Positions 12,889 through 26,160 of a stretch of DNA of 64,000 nt are shown here, piece after piece. The DNA is from Octopus sinensis (taxonomy: Eukaryota), in the NCBI RefSeq assembly GCF_006345805.1, contig NC_043001.1, positions 53,010,001 to 53,074,000 of the forward strand, given 5' to 3'. Within the stretch, counting starts at the first letter, position 1. The number at the start of each line of letters is the position of its first letter. The notes beneath the pieces are model-generated. The model was not told where the DNA came from. It made no database searches and was given only the letters and a program-made list of their open reading frames with translations. Both the position numbers and the translations under genes were made by a program.

Positions 12889-13710
12889 TATACATACATA
12901 TATATATGTGTGTGTGTGTTTGATAATCTGTCCACAGTATTTGGCTACCTGGTGACAACAGGAAAATGGAATTATATGACACAGGATTTACTCCAGGGAT
13001 TACTTTGTGTTCCTAGATTTTATGCAGAAAATATGAGAGATAGCGAATGGAATTCAGATTCTCTCTTTATTTGGGACCATTATGATCGTCTATAAGTGTT
13101 TATGCATCTCCTCAGTTGAATCTTCAAAACGTGCCTAGTTTTTTACTTGCTCTTTAGCGTATTACTATAACAATACACTTTGGTTAGTGTAACATTCTAT
13201 ACACTTCAATAATGAACCGAGAAATAATGAAAAAATAATCTTTCACATATGAGCATTATTATAAATTATACAAGAAAAAAAGGACAAAACATCAAAATTA
13301 AAAATAAAATGATAAAGAATGAAATGCATCGATAATAGATACAGTTAGTTAAAAACAAAGTATACATGCGATCAGATTAAATTGAAAATACAATCGGAAA
13401 TCCATTATGGATATTTACATTTTAACCAAAAATTAAGTAAGCGTATTTATATATGACTACATACGTATTTATATATGTATGCATATGCACATATACATAT
13501 GTACATACACATATACATTTATCTATAACTATATTTCTAATATATAGATATATATGGATGTCTGTGCAATTTATTGTTTTTCAATAGATATATTTCGACT
13601 ATCAATATAATAGTTCACATCATAGGCTGTAATACATAAAGGTATATGTCTGTATAGTTCTGTATATATATATATATTACTTCATAATTTGACACTGAAT
13701 TATTGGAAGT

Positions 13711-13753
13711 CCACCTGAAGATTGTCGATCAAGACAAGAAACGATTGTAGTGG
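13711..13753 (+). ncRNA. Minimal type I hammerhead ribozyme
   Basis: CCAC CUGAAGA UUGUC GAUCAA GACAA GAAA CGAUUG UA GUGG; all three stems and the full core present. Confidence 0.85.
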
Positions 13754-14154
13754 CGGTTTTTTTGACTATTTATTAAAATTTTATGTATTGATTAAGTATT
13801 TCCTTGTTTGTTTTGCAAAATAGTGGTTTTGTCTCGAATAATATTTTATATATATATATATATATATATAATTTCAACAATTGAGGGTAAAATTAATTAA
13901 TTAATCAATTTCACCAAGTATTCAGTATGCAAAGGGACCATTTAAGGCGAATTCAAATTATTACATTATATAAAAGGGCTTAGTAAAATAAATTACTTTG
14001 CCGCATACTGAACTCATTAGAAATAGCAGCTAAAAAAACTTTTTTAAAACTATTTCTAATACTTAAAGAAAACCTCTCTCATATAGTGTTTGCTCAATTC
14101 AACTCACGAAAGTATGGGGGTAAAGACATTAAAAAATCAAATGCAAAGGTTATT

Positions 14155-14206
14155 TGAGAACGTACGTTTCAAGATTAGTCAACTCGACACTTCTATCATC
14201 AGCTCA
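14155..14206 (-). ncRNA. Type I hammerhead ribozyme (557-bp unit, copy 1)
   Basis: UGAG CUGAUGA U AGA AGU GUC GAGUU GAC UAA UCU U GAAA CGUACG UU CUCA; palindromic helix III ACGUACGU. Confidence 0.75.
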
Positions 14207-14712
14207 GAACTCCTTGGTTTGGATTTGAAAACACTGAAAGTGGGAGCATACCCTTTCGGCTTCTTATCGCTTCTGAAGATCTGCTCGAAACTAACAGTGC
14301 CAGCAAACTCAAATATGCAAGCGAAGAATTTCTGCTCTCCCCTTTCCACCAGCGTGGGTTAAAATCAGTAAACACTATGCTTTTTTCGGTAAAATCCGAG
14401 GCATTAAATAGAGAGAGATGAATTATAATTTCAACAATTGAGGGTAAAATTAATTAATTAATCAATTTCACCAAGTATTCAGTATGCAAAGGGACCATTT
14501 AAGGCGAATTCAAATTATTACATTATATAAAAGGGCTTAGTAAAATAAATTACTTTGCCGCATACTGAACTCATTAGAAATAGCAGCTAAAAAAACTTTT
14601 TTAAAAACTATTTCTAATACTTAAAGAAAACCTCTCTCATATAGTGTTTGCTCAATTCAACTCACGAAAGTATGGAGGTAAAGACATTAAAAAATCAAAT
14701 GCAAAGGTTATT

Positions 14713-14764
14713 TGAGAACGTACGTTTCAAGATTAGTCAACTCGACACTTCTATCATCAGCTCA
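14713..14764 (-). ncRNA. Type I hammerhead ribozyme (557-bp unit, copy 2)
   Basis: Identical motif. Confidence 0.75.
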
Positions 14765-15266
14765 GAACTCCTTGGTTTGGATTTGAAAACACTGAAAGTG
14801 GGAGCATACCCTTTCGGCTTCTTATCGCTTCTGAAGATCTGCTCGAAACTAACAGTGCCAGCAAACTCAAATATGCAAGCGAAGAATTTCTGCTCTCCCC
14901 TTCCACCAGCGTGGGTTAAAATCAGTAAACACTATGCTTTTTTCGGTAAAATCCGAGGCATTAAATAGAGAGAGATGAATTATAATTTCAACAATTGAGG
15001 GTAAAATTAATTAATTAATCAATTTCACCAAGTATTCAGTATGCAAAGGGACCATTTAAGGCGAATTCAAATTATTACATTATATAAAAGGGCTTAGTAA
15101 AATAAATTACTTTGCCGCATACTGAACTCATTAGAAATAGCAGCTAAAAAAACTTTTTTAAAACTATTTCTAATACTTAAAGAAAACCTCTCTCATATAG
15201 TGTTTGCTCAATTCACTCACGAAAGTATGGAGGTAAAGACATAAAAAATCAAATGCAAACGTTATT

Positions 15267-15318
15267 TGAGAACGTACGTTTCAAGATTAGTCAACTCGAC
15301 ACTTCTATCATCAGCTCA
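15267..15318 (-). ncRNA. Type I hammerhead ribozyme (557-bp unit, copy 3)
   Basis: Identical motif. Confidence 0.75.
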
Positions 15319-15823
15319 GAACTCCTTGGTTTGGATTTGAAAACACTGAAAGTGGGAGCATACCCTTTCGGCTTCTTATCGCTTCTGAAGATCTGCTCGA
15401 AACTAACAGTGCCAGCAAACTCAAATATGCAAGCGAAGAATTTCTGCTCTCCCCTTTCCACCAGCGTGGGTTAAAATCAGTAAACACTATGCTTTTTTCG
15501 GTAAAATCCGAGGCATTAAATAGAGAGAGATGAATTATAATTTCAACAATTGAGGGTAAAATTAATTAATTAATCAATTTCACCAAGTATTCAGTATGCA
15601 AAGGGACCATTTAAGGCGAATTCAAATTATTACATTATATAAAAGGGCTTAGTAAAATAAATTACTTTGCCGCATACTGAACTCATTAGAAATAGCAGCT
15701 AAAAAAACTTTTTTAAAACTATTTCTAATACTTAAAGAAAACCTCTCTCATATAGTGTTTGCTCAATTCAACTCACGAAAGTATGGAGGTAAAGACATTA
15801 AAAAATCAAATGCAAAGGTTATT

Positions 15824-15875
15824 TGAGAACGTACGTTTCAAGATTAGTCAACTCGGCACTTCTATCATCAGCTCA
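15824..15875 (-). ncRNA. Type I hammerhead ribozyme (557-bp unit, copy 4)
   Basis: Same motif with one substitution in distal stem II. Confidence 0.7.
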
Positions 15876-16001
15876 GAACTCCTTGGTTTGGATTTGAAAA
15901 CACTGACAGTGGGAGCATACCCTTTCGGCTTCTTATCGCTTCTGAAGATCTGCTCTATATATATATACATACCTGGGTATATATCTGTGTACTTATGTAT
16001 A

Positions 16002-16059
<58 letters not shown>

Positions 16060-16924
16060 ATGTGTGTGTGTGTGTGTATGTGTTTGTGTGTGTGTATATA
16101 TATATATGCATGTATGTATGTATGTGGATATACCTATCTATTTTTGTATCCATATATCCATATATATATATATATATATATATGTATATGTGGTGTGTGT
16201 AGATATACGTATCTATTTTCGTATGTATATATATATATATATATATATAAATATATATATATAATATGAGGGGGTTAGTTCACGAATAGATACGCTGAAT
16301 AAGTGCTATGACCGGTCATCCTTTAGGATACAAGTTCACAACTGAACCTGTAGCTAAGCATACTTATTAGGCTTCCGTATTAGCAGGTATGCATTAGCGC
16401 AAGAAGGACCAGAAAAAATAAGCAACGCAGAACGAGTATCTGAAGTCATTTGCCATAATTCAATTAACGTAATGTTTTGGGGATATCCCAACGTATATGC
16501 TAGCATGTCTGTACACTTGGTATACCGTCATCAGAAAGAAGGTGAGTACGTATGAATGTTCCAGACAATGAAATTCACAGTTTATAAGGTATAAAATAGA
16601 AAAAGAAGTCAAATGAATCTTTGTGGTTATCTTCACTGTCTACATAAATTCGGTATACGTATTAAATTTTGTATACTAATTGTGACAATAAATATCCTTT
16701 TTCCACGAATTCATTATTAAAATGTTATTAGCGTTTCAAATTTAAAAGAAATTGGGTATTTTAACCAGTCAAAAGCGAGTATTTTACACATCACAGTAAA
16801 ATACTCGCACATAAAAAATACAGTAGACAAAGAAGAACCGTGTGTTCCATAGCTGATGGCGAAAATCTCTGTTTCCATAGTAGACGAAGATGCGCTGCAC
16901 ATGCGCACAAGGAGTGCAAACAAG

Positions 16925-17240
16925 GACTGCGTACGGCATTCAGTTCTTCCAGGAACCACTAAAGTCAGTGATCTGTGGTGAGCTTGTAATAATATCCCAG
17001 AAATCCTGAGCTATGATTTCAAACATATAACTGTGAAACATAGCATTGAATTTATAATCCCAAAGGATGGAACTCACACTCAATAAATTGAGACTACTTG
17101 GGAATCTTTATAGCGTGGAAACAAACACCGGTGTGGGACACACCGTTCCATGATTGTCTCTTACCTTTCTGAATTTATGTGGAGAAGGAGATATGAGAAG
17201 GATAAGGTATTTTATAAAATCCTAGGTCGTATTTCATAAC
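16925..17240 (+). pseudogene. Merlin (IS1016/ISXO2-like) DNA transposase C-terminal relic
   Basis: One frame reads RHSVLPGTTKVSDLW*A...HITVKHS...DGTHTQ*IETTW...KHRCGTHRSMIVSYLSEFMWRRRY, with internal stops. Confidence 0.8.
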
Positions 17241-17715
17241 TTTAGTTCATGAATCTTTTAAACTAATAAATGTCTGTTTTAAGCATTGATTTCACTGTTA
17301 TTTCTAACAACTTCTTTTGGTTTCCTCGTAGTTTTTAAATACTTAATTTGCTCACGAATGTTTTAATGTTTTTCACTGTTAAGTTGCTCGTGTATATTTT
17401 AATGTCTTGACTGTTAATCCTAGAAACGTCCGTTGGTATGCCGTCTTCATTACATTAATAATTGATTTATAATAATACAGCGCTATTAGTTTACCATGTG
17501 GTATGTAGCTGCTCCAACTAAAGAGATTTTTGATGACTAACGGATTATATAAATCCATATATTGTACTTTGAATTTATATACGTATATGTATACACACAA
17601 AAACACAGATACATGGAAAAATTAGCTATATGTCTATACACACATACATATATGCATTACACCTGCATATCTACATTCATACACACACACACACAAACAC
17701 ATACACACACACACG

Positions 17716-17780
<65 letters not shown>

Positions 17781-18567
17781 ATGATAACAGCATGAAGAAT
17801 TATTTCATAGTGTTGTTCCCATGCAACAAAAATGTGTATCAAAAAAGTTGTGAGGTAAACTTCATGAAAAAAATATAAGGCAAAAATTGGATTTAAGTAT
17901 AATTAACTGTTTAAAGAAACAGACAAACTATATTTTAATTAAGCATAAATGATAGATCTCAATTGGAGGAATTTCATGGCATAAACCCCACTCAATAAAG
18001 TCTTAAAAGAAAAGAAAAGTTATGAGCGTTTCTTTCTTAAATTTGGGGGTAATAATATCATAGCTATATAAGGAACTTTTAATAAATGTCACCGGCGTCA
18101 TTGCGGTAAAAAAAATTATAAAGGACACCGCTAATTGACACATTTGACATATTATTAAATAGCATAGTCTCACGATATCTTTTTATCTTCTATACATTTT
18201 GTATCCTTTCAAAATTTCTTCCAGGCGTTACCCATTACAATTCGTCTTGGGCTAAAAGTCCATCTGCAATCATTTCCGTACATCCATTCTGATGCTGTTT
18301 GATCATTCGAAGCCCTAGCTCTTCATAAGTGTTATATTTTTAAAATTTCTGGACGCTGCTGTGTTGTGAAATTTTTCTGATGTCACTAAAAGCACGAAAT
18401 ACGTAGTAATAAACAGTTGACAAATGAGGAAGAGTTAGACCTCTTTTGGTAATTTGTCCTGTACTTGTCTCTCGTGGTGTGTCTACGTATTCTCTCGTTG
18501 GTGATGTCATGTACTTTTCATTTTTTTATGTTACGTATATGTATATATACATATACATATATATCTG

Positions 18568-18598
<31 letters not shown>

Positions 18599-19094
18599 GC
18601 GTGTGTGTATGTATTTATACATGTATGCATGTGCGTGTTCGTGTATATGATGTGAGAAACCGAGGGGTATATACATATATATATATATACATATAAATAC
18701 ATAGAGAGAAAATTTCAATAATCGGTGTGTGTATGCATATATATCATACACACGCGCACACATACGTATGTGTCTATATATTTTTATATGTGTGTGTTTG
18801 TGTTATGTTTGTTCCCAACTAAATTAAACGATTATATTTGCGTGCGTGTTTGTACGTGTGCTTAAGTATGCATATATTTATGTATGTATATACCAATATA
18901 GAGCTTTGATACACTTTTCTTGTAACGGAACACCTCTAAATCTAGAACGGTATGATTAAAATGTAAAGCAATCACTGAAATATCCCATTACTCTTCGGCT
19001 GTCACACTCTTGAGAAATATTTTATTGAGGACGCATGGAAATCTAAGGCCTTGTATTGGTTTTCCTCTAGGAGTATGAGAACATTAGGTCAGGA

Positions 19095-19400
19095 CACCTG
19101 GGTAGCGAAATCACGGATGACGAAAACAATTGAACTTGAGAGATACAGAAAGAGTCGTTGCGAGAGATCGTGGAAAAGCAAGAGATCTATGTAGCTCAGG
19201 AGACTTATTATGGAATAAGTTGTTAGATAAAGTACTGGTTAAATCTCGCTGCTCCAGCCGAGCGTGGTGACTGAACTGTTTTGAACTGAAACAGAGTAGA
19301 AATACATCGAATAAAGAGTGTTCGAAGTATAGGTCCGAATGAGACATTTCTGGACAAAAGGCACGCCACCAGACTAGAAGGAATATTCAAATAATTTACA
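19095..19400 (+). pseudogene. Possible degenerate LINE (RTE-like) RT C-terminal relic
   Basis: HLGSEITDD and, after a frameshift, RVVARDRGKARDLCSSGDL...KVLVKS loosely resemble the YLGS/post-RT region. Confidence 0.3.
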
Positions 19401-19694
19401 GTTGGATTAACTGTAGCCACTTTCACTACATAAGTCCATACGCATAAGTGAGTGCCTAAGAAATGGGTAAAGTTTCTTTTGGGATTAATCATGTTTCATT
19501 ATCACTGATGGCAGCACTATTATCACACTCTATTACAATGATAAAGTGCGGTATTATTAAAGGAAATACATACTTGCAAATGGACTATGAAATATGAATA
19601 TAGTTTTCATCCCCGTACTGAGGAAAAAATTGAACATTTTCATAATGCGTTTGTAAATATTTTACTAAGCCTTTTTAATTAATTTCATTGTTCG

Positions 19695-20045
19695 GGCGCC
19701 TGTCGATTAGATCAACTCCAGTACGCAACTAGTACTAAATTTATCGACCCCGAAAGGCAAAGTCGACCTCGGAAGAATTTGAACTAATAATATAAAGACA
19801 GACGAAATACCTATTTCTTTACAACCCACAATGGGCTAAACACAGAAGGGACAAACAAGGAGAGACAAACGGATTAAGTCGATTACATCGACCCCAGTGC
19901 GTAACTGGTACTTAATTTATCGACCCCGAAAGGATGAAAGGCAAAGTCGACCTCGGCGAAATTTGAACCCAGAACGTAACGGCAGACGAAATATCGCTCA
20001 GCAATTCGCCCGGCGTGCTAACGTTACTACCAACTCGCCGTCTTA
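19695..20045 (-). mobile_element. Two adjacent tRNA-headed SINE copies
   Basis: Two occurrences of atttatcgaccccgaaagg...aaagtcgacctcgg...aatttgaac. Confidence 0.75.
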
Positions 20046-20439
20046 TAACGAACGAAATATTGTGCAAGAACTAAGCAAGGGCTAGGAAAATAATCCAACA
20101 AGACCAAATACAAAAATGAAATGTCCAATAATACACAAACAAGCAGCGTCGTACATACTATCCATTTGCTGTTGGCGTAAATAGAAATAATTTACTTGTA
20201 AATCTTTCTGAGTGAATTAGCGTTGTAACTTTAAAAAGAAAATCTTTGTCAATATTTACATATATTTTCGATGTTGGCGCTCATAAATCTCAATTTTGAT
20301 GGGTATCTATAAATTTTGATCTGGACTGTATTTTTATCATTTCAGAAAAAGTTCTTTCTTTATTAATATGTATTGCTAAATAATGTGTCATAGCTTTTAA
20401 TGAATTACATTATATTTGGGTATCTATTTTTCAGGAAGA

Positions 20440-21880
20440 GATCCATAAAACTGCAAAAAATATTTGCTGAAGCTCAGTTATTTCAAATAGTGGTTCCTGT
20501 TATATTATTTTTCAAAATCAACATTGTTTTTATTATTTTTTTTTGTTTTCCAAATATATGAAAATGATCTTCTCTAGTTTGAACCCATTTATATCTGTTG
20601 TTCAGCACTTTTTCTGCCCATTAAACTCCGGAGCAAAAACCATTGAATCCACTCTCACTGTGATTAGCTAGTGTGGGGAAATAGAAAGTGTCACCACATC
20701 TGAGTTGATTCTCCTAAACATGAAGTCTGTTCCCAAAACTTTTGGCATGTCAAAACTTCTCATTTATCAATAGATTTTACTTTTATCTTAAGTTAAGAAC
20801 CTTTACCTGAATAATGATATCAAAGAGAAATGCAAGGTCATGTATCTAGTTATCATCCATTAGCTCGCAGAAGAATTTTTCTTTCATTTCTAAAAACGCT
20901 TATACATAATCTCTGTGATTATAAAATCACTGAAACATTTTCACTTTAATTAGCAAACTGCTCTGTAGTAAACCAGATCTCTAATATTGGATTCAATGTT
21001 TATGAGTATTTACACTAGCGACGATTTATGAAACTACACACATAATATATTCAGATTTTACTAGTTGTATTGATGCAATGACTACTTGCAAAGTCACAGT
21101 TTGTTAAAGTCAAAGAAAGTATTCGTATTTTAATCTAGATAGAAAGCTTACACAAATAGGTCCAGTCATTGCTGAGTCTCCGTGCACTTTTTTATATTGG
21201 CATGCCTTTCAAGCGGGAGATTCAAATTCGTTGTTGTTTCCTTCAATTCTGCATAGATGTTAGATTCCGTAACGGGAACTTTTTTCAAACTTTGAACAGC
21301 AAATAATTATTCTGTGGTATGAAATGGTTTATCAATACCACGTATGGAAATTGCTAGTTTAGCTGCCTAGGATAAATTCTATCATTCGCTGTTAGCCTGT
21401 GAGGAAAAAAACAATCATTCATTTTTTCTGACATTTTCCCTCTGGATTTTTGCTCCAATTCCATCAACATGTCTTGCTACATCCTTCAAAATTAATTTTG
21501 TCAAACATATTTTACTTGTCCGGGCATAAAATTTTAGCCACAGTCAAAACATATTCTTTAACAAATTCACCGCTAGCAAAAATATTTGTAATGTTTTTTC
21601 ACTAACAAGACAGCATGCATATACTATTCATTCGAGTATTGTCTGCTGTTTAGAAGAGAACTTTTTTAGGCAATCAATTTGTTTCTCGAGGGCTTCAATA
21701 TATTTGCTTTGCAATATGTCTGTTAAATTTGCGTATTCCTAATGTTTTTGAAATTAAATTTTCTGTTTTGTTTCTTTCCATTTTTTTTAAAACTTCAAAG
21801 AGGTTATTTGTCCACTTGCGTTGAAATTTTCTTTTGACATTCTTAGTTTTAGAGGTGTGGAGATGAAGCCATAAGCTGTG
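20440..21880 (-). pseudogene. hAT (Charlie/SPIN, GTF2IRD2-like) transposase relic
   Basis: Fragments KRKFQRKWTN, FASGEFVKEYVLTVAKILCPDK, AKLAISIRGID, SHCI, ELMDDN*IHDLAFLFDI, ENQLRCGDTFYFPTL; many stops. Confidence 0.75.
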
Positions 21881-22311
21881 ATATCAAAAATAAAATTTCA
21901 GAAAATACATAACAAATTCATGCTCAGTTTCTGTTTACAGCCTTGTCAGACAGGATTCATAAAAATTTACTTGCAAAGTTTAAGTGTTCAAAGCTACACT
22001 GTATAATAACCATGTGTAATTAGAGATGCTGAATAATTGTAACAACGCGTTATAAGTGATCGAAACAGAACTTGAACGTTAATTCAATATTTTTCGTGGA
22101 CATATATTGTTTAGTGATACTAATTTAAAACACTTGATAGTTTAGATGAAAAAAACAATCATTCTGAAGCAAGTTCGAACATTGGAATTCACAGAGAAGA
22201 TTATCTATATTTTTATTTTCTGAGAGGTGTGCCGACAACGCCTGAATTCATTTTTAATAAAGGGAATTTAGGGTATATATATATATGTATATATACCGGA
22301 ATAGGTGATGA

Positions 22312-22377
<66 letters not shown>

Positions 22378-22413
22378 GGAATGTATGTATGCATACCGGA
22401 ATATGTGATGAAA

Positions 22414-22457
<44 letters not shown>

Positions 22458-22574
22458 TATGTGTGTTTGTATTTATACTTGTGTGTGAACAGGCACACAA
22501 ACATATACATACACACACAGAGACACAGACACACACACACACACACACACCCGCACTCACACACACACATACAT

Positions 22575-22700
22575 ATACATGTGATTGGCTTCTTTCAGTT
22601 TCCATCAACCAAATCCATTCACAAAGCTTTGATCAGCCCGGGGCTATAGTAGAACCCGGAACCATTTGGTTGTTAAGCAAGCTACTTGCCACACATCAAC
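22575..22700 (-). mobile_element. SINE 5' part
   Basis: Reverse complement matches the head of the 41396 SINE (ttccgggttc...actatagcc...gtgaatggatttggt...gaaactgaaagaagcc). Confidence 0.65.
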
Positions 22701-23888
22701 TCCTGCTCCTATATGCTAAGACTATTAAAATTACATTTCTCCCAATTTGTTGTGCAATACATTTATGGTAGAAATGTAAAATATAAAAACAGAATAACAG
22801 AGCTGGTAATTCTAAAAACATACACAAGTGTGTACGCGTATTTGTATTCGAGTATCTAGTCATGTAGAAATCTATGTATGCACATGTCTACTTAAAAGCT
22901 GTTACGTAGAATACGCAACTGAGAATGATATAGGAAATAGAGAATTGAATCTGAAATTTCATGTGCAAAGAACAGAATTCTGTACCTATACGCGTGTAAA
23001 GCTTAGAGGAAACTGAAATCTATTAAGTGGACGCTAAGAAACAAACATTACAAGACACGAGAATAGATAAAGCAAAAATTATAAAAGAAGTGACGGTGAA
23101 TGGAGGATTGACAATCACAGTAAGCAAAGTATTTTAACAGTGCAAATACATCAGTAGCTGGGACGCTGCAGATTGTTGACATTTTATACGACAGAATTTC
23201 ATCCGAAGAGGTTACTGTTATGGATAAATTAAAAAGAGAATATAGCACCTGCGCGTTCACAATCTACTTTAAAGATTACACGCACGAACACAGGAATAAA
23301 CACACAAACACATATATGCATTAATATAAAGATACACATGGGGTGCTGCTGATTTTCAAAGTACATACAGGCTAGTCAACAAGTTGATTTTACTTTTGAC
23401 GTCGTACCGGAATGATTAATAGTTTGCAAAACGTCCGCCTATATAAGTAAATGTTATATTAACCATATAACCATAATTAAACTATGATCATTCAATACTA
23501 ATGATCAACAACTAATTGTTACGCGTTACTCCAGTTCTTCTCTTACCTTAGCTGAATATATTAAACCACGGTTTACCGTTTAAATTACCAACTACTGTTA
23601 ACCTTACAACCAGACCTTTAAATAGTTATGTAATTTACCAGCAGTGCCTACGGATACATTTATCCCTTAAACGGTTGCAATACCTCTAACTCATAATTTC
23701 TCTCCCTCTCTGTCTCTCTCTTTCTCTCTGCCTCTCACTCTCTCTCTCTATATATATATACTTAAATACATATACATGTATATATATATACATTAGCTGA
23801 AACTGGAAAAATCAAAATCAATCAAAATCATATATACGTATATTATATATATGCATATATATATATATATATTATATATAATATTATA

Positions 23889-24004
<116 letters not shown>

Positions 24005-24025
24005 TATATATAATATATATATAAT

Positions 24026-24078
<53 letters not shown>

Positions 24079-24392
24079 ACATATATACACATATCTATAT
24101 ATGTATATATATACACAGTCCGTGTCCGACTAGTATTTGTGAGGGAATTGTCAATCACTAGCTAGTGAGGAAAACACTTCCACTCCCTAATTACTTTCTA
24201 GCGAATAACTGTAGCTAATCTCGTGAAAGAGAGGGACATGTTACATTAAATCTCTGAGCGATATATAAAAATATCGGTACGGAATCATACATATATTTCC
24301 AATCATATGTGGCGTCCCATACTGGACCATGCAACTGTTATTTATATACATACATATATATATATATCATATATATATTACATATTTATATA

Positions 24393-24443
<51 letters not shown>

Positions 24444-24518
24444 ACATGTATCTAGATGTGTGTATGTACATCTCTCTTGGCGTGTAATTTACATAATATA
24501 TAGCTGTATATCTATCTA

Positions 24519-24602
<84 letters not shown>

Positions 24603-24773
24603 CATGATATATCGCTAGCCACTAACCTTTTGTATTTCCTCTCCCTGTTTATTTCTGTCTTCCTTGCTGTTAAAGTGCGTAGGCTTGCAACGTAAAAGAA
24701 TTTCTCATTTCCAAAGCGTTAACTACATATCTGTTTATTGTTTACACACGTCTTCATCTGCTTTTTTAATTCT

Positions 24774-24821
<48 letters not shown>

Positions 24822-25459
24822 GTGTTGTGTGTGTGTGTGGTGTGTGTGTGTATGTGTGTGTGTGTGCGTGTGTATGTGTGATGTGCTTGTGTGTGTGTGT
24901 ATCTAGAATTGAGAGACAGACCTATTTTAAAATGAATTAAATGTAATCTGATAAAAGCTGAATGTGAATAATGAATATCAGTATTCAATTAGCAAAATTG
25001 TCTGTGAATTTAAATTTTAGCAGACATTCAATTTAAAAAATGAAATGTAAGAAAGATTTTTAAAATATTGACAAACACTTCTTGAGTTAGGTGCGTTGGG
25101 ATGCTAAATGATTGTTCACAAAAAGAGTTCTAGTAATGCAGGCAAATTGGTAGCTTGAAGTAAATAACACATAAGAATGACAAGTCAAAAGGGCAAAAGT
25201 TTGAATTAAATCATGATTTGTTTGCCAAATTTGTATGTGTGCATGTCTGAAGATTCTTCTGAATGTAGTAGTATGAGAGCAATTTGTTAATTTAGTCATA
25301 GTTTTGCTTAAAAGCTGACATGAAGAATTACAAATATACATCTTCAACGCTTTGAGTAATTGCTAATTGAAAAATACAGTAATAAATGCCGGATTCCTGT
25401 GTCTGTAATTCACATAAATATACATTTCGAATAAATATGTCATTTGAACTTTACCATGT

Positions 25460-25995
25460 TTATATATAAATGTATGTGTATATGTACATATATATATGTA
25501 TATTGACTTTCATTGTTATCTGGTATAAACTTTTCGTCTGTATACTCTCCTTTTATTTCTTTGTAGAATCTCTTCTCATCTACTCTGAATAACCTATTCT
25601 GCTGTAATAAATTCATACGATGGTATCTTACCATCTTTGCTGTCTTTGCAACGAGGCGAGATTTCAGTTTCTCCATTACCACTTTTAAGCCCTTTCATTC
25701 AATATCATACTTCCTGTTCAGTGCTCTGTATTTTTGTTCACGTTTAAGTCCCCACTCCTCATTTCGGTCTACCATAGAAATGTCTTTCGTGAACATATCT
25801 AACCTTACCGGCATTCTTCTTTTCCACCATAGATGTTTTCTTTTGTCACTCCCATTATATTTCTCCTTCTTGACATCAAGATCCACAATTTATGCTACAA
25901 CAATATTTGCTACCTTGATAAAATTGTTTGTTTCTGTGATGTTTTTTTTAATTCTCGTATTTCAGAATTCCATTCACAGTTTTCGTTACTTGGTT
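25460..25995 (-). pseudogene. R4/Dong LINE N-terminal fragment beside an (AAT)n tract
   Basis: KNITETNNFIK, LWWKRR...LDMFTKDIS and EKLKSRLVAKTAKMVRY...QQNRLFRVDEKRFYKEI, typical of the R4-clade pre-RT region. Confidence 0.7.
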
Positions 25996-26009
25996 CAATT
26001 TCCACCCAG

Positions 26010-26021
26010 CAACCATTATTA

Positions 26022-26071
<50 letters not shown>

Positions 26072-26075
26072 ATTA

Positions 26076-26106
<31 letters not shown>

Positions 26107-26160
26107 CATTACTATTATTATTATTATTATTATTATTATTGTTATTATTATTATTATTAA
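26010..26160. repeat. (ATT)n microsatellite
   Basis: Direct. Confidence 0.95.

Larger units (their letters stand above)
13870..15955 (-). repeat. Tandem array, ~557-bp unit x3.75, one HHR per unit, flanked by (TA)n
   Basis: Unit starts at 13870, 14427, 14984 and 15539; near-identical copies; (TA)n on both sides. Confidence 0.95.

Noticed and set aside
13870-15955. Possible CRISPR-like or rDNA/snRNA tandem array
   Set aside because: No spacer variation and no rRNA/snRNA/tRNA motifs; units are uniform
14090-16202. Repeated 90-147 aa ORFs (MLNSTHES...) in the 557-bp array
   Set aside because: No recognisable domain, TTG starts, length changes with single indels between units, and antisense to the ribozyme strand
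18180-18520. Coding-looking minus-strand stretch (EKYMTSPTREY...GRNFERIQNV)
   Set aside because: Contains stops and no motif I can assign to a family
20440-21000. Initially read as a Sola-type transposase (W.FF.TSH-like string)
   Set aside because: Another frame gives much better contiguous matches to hAT/GTF2IRD2-like transposase
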